Shown here piece by piece: positions 36,790 through 46,100 of a DNA stretch of 48,478 nucleotides. The notes beneath the pieces are model-generated. The model was given only the letters and a program-made list of their open reading frames with translations, did no database searches and was not told the DNA's origin. Location of the stretch: assembly GCA_021790135.1 (NCBI GenBank), contig JAJYIJ010000001.1, forward strand, positions 1-48,478, in the 5' to 3' direction. Positions within the stretch are counted from its first letter, which is position 1, and each line of letters starts with the position of its first letter. The position numbers and the translations under genes were made by a program. The stretch comes from a bacterium (GTDB lineage Bacteria; Patescibacteriota; Patescibacteriia; Magasanikbacterales; GWA2-37-8).

Positions 36790-37263
36790 TTAAATTTTTG
36801 CTACAAACGATTTATGCGATGTGAGAAAGCGCAGACCGCATATAAAGAGAAGCGTTGCGGTCACGAGTGATCCCAGGCAATATTGGCAAAGGGCGTGGAT
36901 GGTAAAGATCTGAAGATAGAGAAAATACAGCGAAGCCAGAAAGCCGGGGATAGTTAGCCAAGAAATGAAACGCAAGAAGACTTTGGCGCGATACCCGAGA
37001 TACAGCAGTGCCGAAAAAATAATGAACAAATAAAAAATACTTCCAAAAAGCGCCAAGGGAACATTTTCGAAAGAAGCATAGGCGCTTTGTAAAACAACAT
37101 GGCAGCCGACAATGAGACCACATGAAGGGAGAGCGCCGCGATAATGCTCAAAGGTCAGGAAGGTTGCGTCACTGAAGCCGACCAGGCTGAGCGCGAGAAA
37201 TAAGTAGACGATTCCATCAATGGGATGCCAGAGCTTGTTGAAGATCCGTTTTAAGATCGTCAT
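36790..37263 (-). CDS. Vitamin K epoxide reductase (VKOR) family disulfide-generating membrane protein
   Basis: Four or five TM helices, a loop Cys pair (SCGLIVGC) and a membrane CxxC (CQYC), as in bacterial VKOR homologs. It overlaps the DsbA-like gene by 47 nt if the ATG at 37263 is used. Confidence 0.75.
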   Translation of the reverse strand: MTILKRIFNKLWHPIDGIVYLFLALSLVGFSDATFLTFEHYRGALPSCGLIVGCHVVLQSAYASFENVPLALFGSIFYLFIIFSALLYLGYRAKVFLRFISWLTIPGFLASLYFLYLQIFTIHALCQYCLGSLVTATLLFICGLRFLTSHKSFVAKI

Positions 37264-37945
37264 ATGTTTGCAGGTTAGTAAGTTTTTTACCGTTCAGATA
37301 AAAACTGGGCGTCGCATCCACACCAGCCCGATCGCCACTGGCGATGTCGGCTTGGATTTTTGCCTCGGTTGCTGGATCGGCCAGAGCTGCCGAGAATTTT
37401 TGCATGTCCAATCCAAGCTGCCTGGCATATCCATTGATAAAGTTTTGTGCCTGCGTACTTTCTGACCACTGACTTTGATTGCTATAGAGGGCGTCATACA
37501 TTGGCCAGAATTTTCCTTGCTGGCCGGCGGCTTCGGCGGCCAGCGCAGCCAAGTCGGCGTTGGGGTGGATCGTCGTTAAGGGATACTCGCGGAAAACAAA
37601 TAAAAGTTTATCATTATATTGTTGTGTTAGTTGGTGCACGACGGTATAGAATTGCCCGCACGCTGGACATTGAAAATCGCCGTATTCGACCAGAGTTGTT
37701 TGGGCATTCGGATTTCCCTCTTGCCAATCATTTGCCGTAATTGGATCCTGAAGAGATCCAGCTTTGTCGGCCGTTGTCGGCTGGCTAGCCAAAAGCGCCA
37801 AGCCCCAGATTAGAAGGCCAAGGCCAATCAGAGCCACGAGCCACCAAAAAATATGTATCGCTAATTTTTTATGCTGAGCCCTCTTAGTATCCAGCAATAT
37901 TTTTTTCATCTGTTCTTCCCGTTCTTGTTTTTTATTTATTTCCAT
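37217..37945 (-). CDS. DsbA-family thiol:disulfide oxidoreductase, membrane-anchored
   Basis: N-terminal TM anchor and a thioredoxin fold with the active site FQCPACGQF. Confidence 0.8.
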   Translation of the reverse strand: MEINKKQEREEQMKKILLDTKRAQHKKLAIHIFWWLVALIGLGLLIWGLALLASQPTTADKAGSLQDPITANDWQEGNPNAQTTLVEYGDFQCPACGQFYTVVHQLTQQYNDKLLFVFREYPLTTIHPNADLAALAAEAAGQQGKFWPMYDALYSNQSQWSESTQAQNFINGYARQLGLDMQKFSAALADPATEAKIQADIASGDRAGVDATPSFYLNGKKLTNLQTYDDLKTDLQQALASH

Positions 37946-37948
37946 AAT

Positions 37949-39007
37949 TTATGATTCTGAATCAGAAGGTTCGGCGACCTCTTCTTCGGGGGGCAGGGTC
38001 CCTTTCTCGACAACGTCAATAACTTGCGCGCGAATTTTGTTAAGCAATTTTTGATTCTCTTTTAGGTAACGCTTCGCCGCTTCACGTCCGACGCCAAGTT
38101 TTTCTTCGCCATAGAGATACGAATTACCTTTCTTTTCAACCACATGATAGGCCGTGGCCGTATCAAGCACGTCACCCGAAACAGAGATTCCTTCATTGTA
38201 CATAATGTCGAATTCACAGGTGCGAAAGGGAGCCGCCACTTTATTTTTGACTATTTTTACTTTGACACGATTGCCAATAATTTTATCTCCCTGTTTGATT
38301 TGCGCCGCCCGCCGAATCTCGATGCGCACGGATGAGTAAAATTTCAAAGCCACACCGCCGGTGGTTGTTTCCGGATTACCGAATACGATGCCAATTTTCA
38401 TGCGGGTCTGGTTAATGAAAATAACAACCGTTTTTGACTTACTCACAATGCCGGTGAGTTTTCGAAGGGCCTGGCTCATGAGGCGGGCTTGTAAACCCAT
38501 GTGGGAATCACCCATTTCTCCTTCGATTTCCGCTTTCGGAACCAGAGCCGCCACGGAATCAATGACAACGACGTCAACAGCATTGGAGCGCACAAGCGTT
38601 TCCACGATTTCCAAGGCTTGTTCACCGGTATCAGGCTGCGAAATAAGCAACTCATCAACTTTGACACCAATTTTTTTGGCATAATCAGGATCAAGAGCGT
38701 GTTCAGCATCAACAAAAGCGGCAATGCCACCCTGTTTTTGCACCTCAGCGACGATGTGCTGGGCCAACGTTGTTTTACCGCTTGCTTCCGGTCCGTAAAT
38801 TTCGATAATACGTCCGCGCGGTACGCCGAAGACTCCAAGGGCGATGTCAACCGATAAACAGCCGGTCGGGACGGCATCCACTCGCATTGCTTTGGCCTCG
38901 CCAAAACGCATGATGGCGCCATCACCAAAACGAGACTTGATCTGGTCAATCGCGCTTTCGGCTGCTTTCATTTTTTGAGCCACCTCCTCGTTCATTTGTT
39001 TAGGCAT
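37949..39007 (-). CDS. recA: Recombinase RecA
   Basis: Walker [25 protein letters not shown], and L2-region [22 protein letters not shown]. Full length (352 aa). Confidence 0.98.
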   Translation of the reverse strand: MPKQMNEEVAQKMKAAESAIDQIKSRFGDGAIMRFGEAKAMRVDAVPTGCLSVDIALGVFGVPRGRIIEIYGPEASGKTTLAQHIVAEVQKQGGIAAFVDAEHALDPDYAKKIGVKVDELLISQPDTGEQALEIVETLVRSNAVDVVVIDSVAALVPKAEIEGEMGDSHMGLQARLMSQALRKLTGIVSKSKTVVIFINQTRMKIGIVFGNPETTTGGVALKFYSSVRIEIRRAAQIKQGDKIIGNRVKVKIVKNKVAAPFRTCEFDIMYNEGISVSGDVLDTATAYHVVEKKGNSYLYGEEKLGVGREAAKRYLKENQKLLNKIRAQVIDVVEKGTLPPEEEVAEPSDSES

Positions 39008-39037
39008 ACAGTATACTATGTGATTAAAGGCGAATAT

Positions 39038-39727
39038 TTATTTGAGACTAACTTGCGTGAGTGAATTGCGAACCACGATGTGGCGCGTAACCGTTGTAGT
39101 TTTACCGTGTTTTTTAGTAGCAACAATGGCAATGGTATTTAAGCCTTGCGATAAATCGATCGTGGCTTCGAACTGTCCTTGATCGTTTACCATTACCGGT
39201 TGGCCATTAACCGTTAATTGTGCTTCTTTCTCAGTTTGTCCCTCTACGATGGTAGTTGGTTGATTAATGATTGAACCATCGCTTGGTGTGTAGACGGAAA
39301 GCTGCGGCGGAACGAGAATGCCGTGGACCTGCCAGGCCAAATAGCCAGCAAAAGCGAGGGCAGCACCAGCCATGAGAAAGGTTCGGATAAAAACAGTAAT
39401 CGATACAAAGGGAGACCACTTAATGCTACGTGGAGGAAGAATTTGTTTTGTGCCCTCCAAGCCGTCTTCGCGTGAAAATTGGTCAACACAATCCAATGTT
39501 GACAGACCAAGACTGGTTGCATATTCACGAATGTAGGCCAGTCGATATCCGCGGGCTTTGGGTAATTCCAGAAAATGACCAGATTCAATTGCCGTAATGT
39601 ATTTAGCGGCAAGATGTGTGTGGATCGATGCCGACGAAATATCCAGCCCAAGCGCTTCACGTTGTCGCCGCAAACGCTCGCCAAGTCGAATCGCCGGGTC
39701 AATTTTTTTATAACAGAAAACGGTCAT
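39038..39727 (-). CDS. RodZ-like HTH membrane protein with extracellular Ig-like domain
   Basis: The N-terminal Cro/C1-type HTH is LGERLRRQREALGLDISSASIHTHLAAKYITAIESGHF. It is followed by one TM helix and a C-terminal beta-rich domain. Confidence 0.55.
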   Translation of the reverse strand: MTVFCYKKIDPAIRLGERLRRQREALGLDISSASIHTHLAAKYITAIESGHFLELPKARGYRLAYIREYATSLGLSTLDCVDQFSREDGLEGTKQILPPRSIKWSPFVSITVFIRTFLMAGAALAFAGYLAWQVHGILVPPQLSVYTPSDGSIINQPTTIVEGQTEKEAQLTVNGQPVMVNDQGQFEATIDLSQGLNTIAIVATKKHGKTTTVTRHIVVRNSLTQVSLK

Positions 39728-39739
39728 ATAATTAAAGGT

Positions 39740-42154
39740 CTAGGGCTCCTCCTCATCCGCTTCTTCTGTGTCATTATTTTCATCGTCAGAGACATCTTCT
39801 ATCTCCGCTTCTTCTTGAGCTTCTAAATTTTCAGAATTCTCGGTGGCCGGGGAATCAAACACGCTGCCACCCGCATCCATAGTTTGTTCTTCAGGGGACA
39901 TTTCTTCCTCTGATTGCGGAGCCAAGTGCTCAGTAAAAACTTCACGTGGTTTGGCCCCGTCCGCCGGTCCTACTATACCAGCTTCCTCAAGCTCGTCAAG
40001 CAGTCGCGCTGCCCGGGCATAGCCAACCTTCAGGCGTCGCTGCAGCAGTGATGCCGAAGCTTTGCCTGATTCAACCACGAGACGTTTGGCTTCATCAAAA
40101 AGTGGATCTTGATCATCGCTCGGTCCGCCAAACATATTGACAGTGCCATTCGCGTTGCTGTTCTTTGAAACGATTGAATCGTCATAGTTGGGCGGCTCAT
40201 CACCTTTCAGATAATCAACAATTTCTTTCATTTCTTCTTCCGAAACGTAGGCACCCTGCAGTCGCTTTGGTTTGGAAAGTTCTGCTGTCAGATACAACAT
40301 GTCGCCGCGCCCAAGCAGTTTTTCCGCTCCCGGGGTATCGAGAATCGTACGGGAATCAATAATAGACGCAACGGAAAAAGCAATGCGTGCCGGAATGTTT
40401 GCCTTCATGAGGCCGGTAATAACTTCCACACTTGGACGCTGCGTCGCTACGATGAGATGAATGCCGACGGCGCGCGCCATTTGAGCTAAACGAATAATAC
40501 CAGCCTCCACCTCCGAAGCAGCCATGGCCATAAGATCGGCCAATTCATCAATGATGAAAACGATATATGGCATTTTTTCTTCGGCCGTACGATTGTAAGA
40601 GCCGATATCTCGCTTGCCAGCTGCAGCCAACGTGTCAAAACGGCGCTCCATTTCTCCGATCGTCCATTTCAAAGCGCTCACCGTTTTAGCTGCATCGGTA
40701 ATAACAGGCGTCAAAAGGTGGGGGATGCCATTGTATAACGTCAGCTCAACTCGTTTCGGATCCACCATGATCAAACGAAGTGTCTCGGGCGTATTTTGAA
40801 AAAGCAAACTCAAAATGATGGTATTGATACAAACCGTTTTTCCTGAACCAGTCGTTCCAGCCACCAGTAAATGCGGCATTTTTGGCAAATCACCAAGGTA
40901 TACTTTGCCGGCGACGTCTTTTCCGACAGCAATTTGCATGGTGTGTTCTCGGTGTTTGAATTCTTCGCTTTCCAATAATTCACGCAGCGTTACCATCGCG
41001 ACTTTTTCGTTTGGAACCTCGATACCGACTAAAGAACGACCGGGGATTGGCGCTTCAATACGCAAAGGATGAGCGGCTAAAGCAAGTGCCAAATCATTGG
41101 CAAGCGAAGTGATGCGGGTGAGCTTGACGCCCTTTGGCGGTTTAAGCGAATATTGCGTAACAGTTGGCCCGACGCGCACTTCACCCATTTCGACATCAAT
41201 GCCAAAATTATGAAGGGTATCCTTGATTGTTTGAGCATTACTTTTTATATCTCCTGATGTTGGTTTGCTTTTCGAGATTTGCAGCAAGTTGACTGATGGT
41301 AATTTTTTAAAAGTTGCCGCCGGTTTCGACAAAACAATTTTTTCTTTTTCCTCTTTTACTTCCGCATCACTCGATTCATTTTCCTCGTCAACTTCCTCTG
41401 CCGCGCGCCGCTTGAGACGCGTTCCTTTGCTTGTGGCAAGTGAATGATGGTGGAAGGAACGAGTATCTTCTTCGTCAGCCTGCTTAATTTTTTCCGTTTC
41501 CTCTTCGTCGTCATCGATATCAATCTGGTTTTCCTCATAGTCGCCTTTAATTTTTAATGAGGAGCTCGTTGGTCTCTTAAAAGAGGCAAAAAATCGAATA
41601 ATTTGTCGCCCGAACCAACCAAGCAAAAGAAAGGCTTGCTTGTGCAGCTCAACGATTGATGCCAAGGAAGTATTAAAAATGAGGATAACGGATATTAAAA
41701 GAAGCCCGGTGAGGATAAGCATCGCTCCCCAGTAGCCGACATAATGCAAAAGCGGCCAGCCCAGAGCCAAACCAAAAAGACCGCCGCCATATCCTTGCAT
41801 GGCCAAAGAATAGAGCTGGCCGGAAGCGTTTTGAATATGAACAATGCCGTTAAAACTTAAAAAAAATAAAAGGCTACCCCATAAATGCATGGGGCGATAT
41901 TGATAATTTAGCTCCCGAACGATTAAGACGACAACGACAAGCAAAACAAGCGGGAAGACATAGCGGACACTGCCAAAAGCAAGCGCTAAAAATGAATCAA
42001 TGAATTGTCCGGCAACGCCGGCGTTATGAAAGAAACTAAGCAGTGACAGGATGCTGACGACAAGCAGAAGAACTGCGATCAGACCGCGGCCAATTTCATG
42101 ATCAAGTGGTGACGGCCGCGAAGAAGGTAATTCACGTTGTCGAGGTCGGGACAT
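39740..42154 (-). CDS. ftsK: DNA translocase FtsK/SpoIIIE
   Basis: Four or five N-terminal TM helices and an acidic linker. The motor domain has Walker A VAGTTGSGKTVCIN and Walker B FIIDELADLM. The gamma winged helix is ASLLQRRLKVGYARAARLLDELEEAGIVGP, followed by an acidic tail. Confidence 0.95.
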   Translation of the reverse strand: MSRPRQRELPSSRPSPLDHEIGRGLIAVLLLVVSILSLLSFFHNAGVAGQFIDSFLALAFGSVRYVFPLVLLVVVVLIVRELNYQYRPMHLWGSLLFFLSFNGIVHIQNASGQLYSLAMQGYGGGLFGLALGWPLLHYVGYWGAMLILTGLLLISVILIFNTSLASIVELHKQAFLLLGWFGRQIIRFFASFKRPTSSSLKIKGDYEENQIDIDDDEEETEKIKQADEEDTRSFHHHSLATSKGTRLKRRAAEEVDEENESSDAEVKEEKEKIVLSKPAATFKKLPSVNLLQISKSKPTSGDIKSNAQTIKDTLHNFGIDVEMGEVRVGPTVTQYSLKPPKGVKLTRITSLANDLALALAAHPLRIEAPIPGRSLVGIEVPNEKVAMVTLRELLESEEFKHREHTMQIAVGKDVAGKVYLGDLPKMPHLLVAGTTGSGKTVCINTIILSLLFQNTPETLRLIMVDPKRVELTLYNGIPHLLTPVITDAAKTVSALKWTIGEMERRFDTLAAAGKRDIGSYNRTAEEKMPYIVFIIDELADLMAMAASEVEAGIIRLAQMARAVGIHLIVATQRPSVEVITGLMKANIPARIAFSVASIIDSRTILDTPGAEKLLGRGDMLYLTAELSKPKRLQGAYVSEEEMKEIVDYLKGDEPPNYDDSIVSKNSNANGTVNMFGGPSDDQDPLFDEAKRLVVESGKASASLLQRRLKVGYARAARLLDELEEAGIVGPADGAKPREVFTEHLAPQSEEEMSPEEQTMDAGGSVFDSPATENSENLEAQEEAEIEDVSDDENNDTEEADEEEP

Positions 42155-42193
42155 ACGGTAGAAAAGCGAAATGAAGAATGAAATAATAGGCGT

Positions 42194-42222
42194 AGTATAG
42201 CATAATAATCGCGAACGGACAA
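42194..42222 (-). promoter_or_regulatory. Sigma70-type promoter for ftsK: TTGTCC-17 nt-TATACT
   Basis: On the minus strand, TTGTCC is at 42222-42217, the spacer is 17 nt, and TATACT is at 42199-42194. It lies ~40 nt upstream of the ftsK ATG. Confidence 0.45.
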
Positions 42223-42294
42223 AGAGGGACGCTATTTAAATATCTGTCCGGGGGCGGAGCTGTTTGTAGATTTTCTCAGCTAGTAATTTGCTAC

Positions 42295-42496
42295 AAAAAA
42301 ACGCCTTTGTTATCCAGGCGATTTTTGTTTTTCTCCAAGCAACTGCGAACAGCGTTGCAAGTCTTAGCTCACAGGCCGAACCTAGAAAAACGATATCTTC
42401 GGCAAAAATGCCAAGGATAAAAGAGAGAGGTGTTTTTTAGTTTCGATCCGGCTCCGACATCAGCACTGTCGCAGTTGCCTAGAGAAAAAAGTGATT
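42295..42496 (-). ncRNA. Candidate ~200-nt structured small RNA with its own promoter and intrinsic terminator. Family not recognised; rod-like, 6S-like shape is one possibility.
   Basis: A consensus promoter lies at 42503-42531 on the minus strand. The long-range closing stem pairs GCAACTGCGA-ACAG (42339-42352) with CTGT-CGCAGTTGC (42466-42478). The apical hairpin is TATCTTCGGCA/TGCCAAGGATA (42393-42419). The terminator is CGCCTGGATAACAAAGGCG (42302-42320) followed by TTTTTTT. No ORF longer than 7 codons is present. Ends are approximate. Confidence 0.4.
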
Positions 42497-42502
42497 CTGC
42501 GC

Positions 42503-42531
42503 ATTATAAAATTTACTAAATAGAGCGTCAA
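42503..42531 (-). promoter_or_regulatory. Sigma70-type promoter TTGACG-17 nt-TATAAT, abutted by a DnaA box
   Basis: On the minus strand, TTGACG is at 42531-42526, the spacer is exactly 17 nt, and TATAAT is at 42508-42503. The DnaA box at 42533-42541 sits 1 nt upstream of the -35. Confidence 0.55.
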
Positions 42532-42532
42532 G

Positions 42533-42541
42533 TGTGGATAA
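42533..42541 (-). promoter_or_regulatory. Perfect DnaA box (TTATCCACA)
   Basis: The plus strand reads TGTGGATAA. It is embedded in the 13-mer GTGTGGATAAAAT, which recurs at 42682-42694. Confidence 0.6.
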
Positions 42542-42576
42542 AATCACACGTGTGTATTTCACACATAACGCCTCAC

Positions 42577-42657
42577 TGTCATTCTAACCCTGCCCTTGGC
42601 GGGGGGAAGAATCTAAGTAAAAATACCGAGATCCTTCGACTACGCCTCAGGATGACA
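42577..42657. repeat. Palindromic intergenic repeat element, copy 2 (termini TGTCATTCT...GAAGAATCT / AGATCCTTC...AGGATGACA)
   Basis: It shares terminal blocks with the element at 25900-25993, but the inner arm sequences differ (one arm is GC-rich, CCCTGCCCTTGGCGGGG). Confidence 0.6.
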
Positions 42658-42682
42658 ATTGATTATGCGACAAGTACATGCG

Positions 42683-42691
42683 TGTGGATAA
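42683..42691 (-). promoter_or_regulatory. Perfect DnaA box (TTATCCACA)
   Basis: The plus strand reads TGTGGATAA, in the same 13-mer context as box 1. Confidence 0.6.
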
Positions 42692-42764
42692 AATTATTGC
42701 ATAAGAAGTAAACAGGAATTTTTTATTTTAATAAAGCAAAAAAACAACTATTCTTGACAAGAAC

Positions 42765-42773
42765 TTATCCACC
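42765..42773 (+). promoter_or_regulatory. Near-consensus DnaA box (TTATCCACC, 1 mismatch)
   Basis: It lies between two TTGACA hexamers, immediately upstream of the rpoB promoter -35. Confidence 0.45.
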
Positions 42774-42782
42774 TGTTCCAAC

Positions 42783-42811
42783 TTGACAATACTTATATAA
42801 TAAAGTAGAAT
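42783..42811 (+). promoter_or_regulatory. Sigma70-type promoter TTGACA-17 nt-TAGAAT (rpoB leader)
   Basis: TTGACA at 42783-42788, 17-nt spacer, TAGAAT at 42806-42811. It lies ~290 nt upstream of the rpoB ATG. Confidence 0.5.
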
Positions 42812-42974
42812 TGAGCTACTTATCAAAGCTTCGTGCGTCTTCACTAAAATTTGGCTAAAATAAGCCAAATTATGGTCAGGATGCGGCTTGGCGCTTTACA
42901 AAAGCGTGCAAGGGAACCACAAAGTCATGTCCCATTTGCTGTCCACCTTGCTGTTTTGGCTAAAGAATGAATAA

Positions 42975-43014
42975 CTCGGGAAGAAAGAATTCTGCCCGAG
43001 CATTTTTTGTTTTT
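42975..43014 (+). terminator. Intrinsic terminator/attenuator inside the rpoB leader
   Basis: CTCGGG (42975-42980) and AGAA pair with TTCT and CCCGAG (42995-43000), followed by CATTTTTTGTTTTT. A second hairpin, AGAAATAAGA (43038-43047) / TCTTATTTCT (43073-43082), follows before the ATG. Confidence 0.5.
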
Positions 43015-43105
43015 CATAAGTAATTAAGATAGAAGTCAGAAATAAGAAAACATCATCAAACTGAAGCTGTCCTCTTATTTCTAATTTCTATTTTCAAAAC
43101 GGTGT

Positions 43106-46100
43106 ATGCCCATTTTTAAACACCAGAAAGTTAAAACGCAGGAACGAAAATTTTTGCACCGCGTCAACTCAGTTCCCACGCCGGACTTAATTGAGGTGCA
43201 AAAAAATTCTTATGATTGGTTTTTGAAATTTGGTATTAAAGAATTATTTGATGAAATTTCTCCTATTACGGATTTCAGCGGTCGTGATCTTGAATTATAT
43301 TTGGAAAATTACTATCTTGATGAGCCGCGTTTTGACGAAGTCACTTGCCGCGAGCGCAATATTACGTTTGAAGCGCCGTTGCGCGTGACCGCTCGCCTTG
43401 TCAACAAACGCACAACAAGCAGTAAATCCCAGGAAATTTATCTAGGCGACGTGCCGGCGATGACGTCGCGCGGAACATTCGTTATCAACGGCATTGAGCG
43501 GGTGGTCGTTTCGCAGTTGATTCGAAGCGCGGGCGCTTTTTTTACCGCAGAGAACGTACGCGGACGTCGTTATTATGGCGCCAAAATTATTCCCAATCGC
43601 GGTGCCTGGATTGAAATTGAAACCGATCAGAATAATGTCATTTGGATAAAAGTTGATCGCAAGCGCAAAGTGGCTGCCACTTCACTTTTACGCGCTTTTG
43701 GATATGAGTCTGACGAAAAATTAGCGGAACTTTTTAAAGATGTCAATACGCATCCGCACATTGATTTTGTCGATGCCACCATCAAAAAAGATTTGGCCAA
43801 AAATATGGATGAGGGATTGATTGAAGTCTATAAGCGCATCCGTCCCGGCGATTTGGCCACCGCTGATAATGCTAAGAGCTTGATCTATGCGATGTTTTTC
43901 AACTTCGAGCGGTACGATCTCGGTCGTGTCGGTGTCTATAAATTCAATACTAAATTTGATCTTGGCTACTTACCGGAAGATTTTGATAAAAAAGAAAATC
44001 GAATTTTGTCCGCCGAAAAATTATTGCTTGTTCTAAAAGAAATTGTCCGTCTCAATATTACCCAGGAAGAGCCTGATGATGTCGATCATCTTGGCAATCG
44101 TCGTGTCCGTGCTGTCGGCGAATTGACCCAGAATCGTTTCCGTGTCGGGCTCGCTCGTATGGAACGTATCATCAAAGATCGGATGTCAACCTATGAGGTC
44201 GACCAATTAACACCGAACAAGCTGATTAACGCTCGTCCGGTTACGAGCGCCATTCGCGAGTTCTTCATGAGTTCGCAATTGTCGCAGTTTATGGACCAGA
44301 CCAACCCTTTGGCCGAATTGGAGCACAAGCGTCGTTTGTCCGCTCTGGGACCTGGCGGTTTATCACGCGATCGCGCCGGCTTTGAGGTGCGTGACGTCCA
44401 CACCACGCACTATGGACGTATCTGTCCGATCGCCACCCCGGAAGGCCCGAACATCGGTTTGGTCAATCATCTTTCCAGCTTTGCTCGCATTAATGAATTT
44501 GGATTTATAGAAACGCCATATCAGAAAGTGCGACGCGAAGTCGCCAATCAGGCAAAATTGACTGAAGGCGAAATTCTGCGTGGTGACGTAGCCGGTGTGA
44601 AAAATGGTACTAAAATTACCAAAGAAATTGCCGCCAAACTCAGCAAAGAGAAAATTGAAAAAATTCCGGTTCGTCCGCGCCTGACCAACGAGGTGGTATA
44701 TCTTAATTCTTTCAAGGAAGAAAAAGTGACTACGGCTGCCGCCAGTGTTAAAACTGACAGCGATGGCTACTTTGTCGATGACACGGTGCCGGCACGCGTC
44801 TACGGCAAGCCAGGCGTGGCAAGCACGGAGAGCCTCGAATATGTTGATGTCGCTTCGAACCAGATCGTTTCCATCGCCACCTCCTGTATTCCTTTCCTTG
44901 AACACGATGACGCCACCCGCGCACTCATGGGCACGAACATGCAACGTCAAGCAGTGCCCTGCATCCGTCCCGAAGCGCCACTCGTTGGCACGGGCACGGA
45001 ACGCGATGCGGCGCTGTATTCAGGTTATGTGGTCTTAGCCGAAGAGGATGGCGAAATTACCGAAGTCGATGGCGCCCACATCGTGCTCACCGCGAAGAAA
45101 GGCAAGACGTACACGCATGTTTTAAATAAATTTAAACGCTCAAACCACTCCACCTGCATTGATCAACATCCCGTCGTAACGCTTGGCCAAAAAGTAAAAC
45201 GCGGCGAAGCGTTGACAGATGGTCCAAGCATTCGCGAGGGGGAATTAGCTCTTGGTCAAAATGTTCTCGTGGCCTACATGGTGTGGGACGGCTTCAACTA
45301 TGAAGACGCGGTTATTATTTCTGAACGTTTAGTGCAAGGCGGCAGTTACAGCTCTATCCATATCGAAGATTATACGATTGACGTGGTTGAAACGAAATTG
45401 GGGGCAGAGGTGGTAACCAGCGACATTCCCAATGTTTCGGAAGAGAAATTGAAAAATCTCGACAGTGAAGGCATTATCCGTATCGGTGCCGAAGTAAAGT
45501 CCGGCGATATTCTGGTCGGTAAAATTACTCCCAAAGGCGAAACGGAATTGTCTGCCGAAGAGCGGCTCTTGCGTGCGATTTTTGGAGACAAAGCTCGTGA
45601 CGTTCGGGACTCGTCGCTTTACCTTGAACATGGTGAACACGGCAAGGTGATTGATATCAAAGTTTTCTCCGCCGAGAATGGCGACAAACTCGAACCAGGA
45701 GTGATTAAACAAATTCAAGTCACGGTTGCGGATCTGAGAAAACTGCAGGTAGGAGACAAAATGGCTGGTCGTCATGGCAATAAGGGTGTGGTTTCCAAAG
45801 TGGTGCCTGTGGAAGAAATGCCATTCCTTGAAGACGGTACGCCGGTCGACATTATTTTGTCCCCGCTCGGTGTCATTTCGCGTATGAATCTTGGACAATT
45901 GCTTGAAACGCATTTGGGATTGGCTGCCAACGCCCTTGGCTTCAAGATTGCAACGCCAATTTTAAATGGCATCACTGAAGAAGAAATCAAAAGCGAATTG
46001 AGCAAAGCTGGCATGCCAACGAATGGCCAGGTGCAGCTGTATGATGGCCGCACGGGTGAACCATTCGACCACAAAGCGACGATCGGTTACAACTACATGT

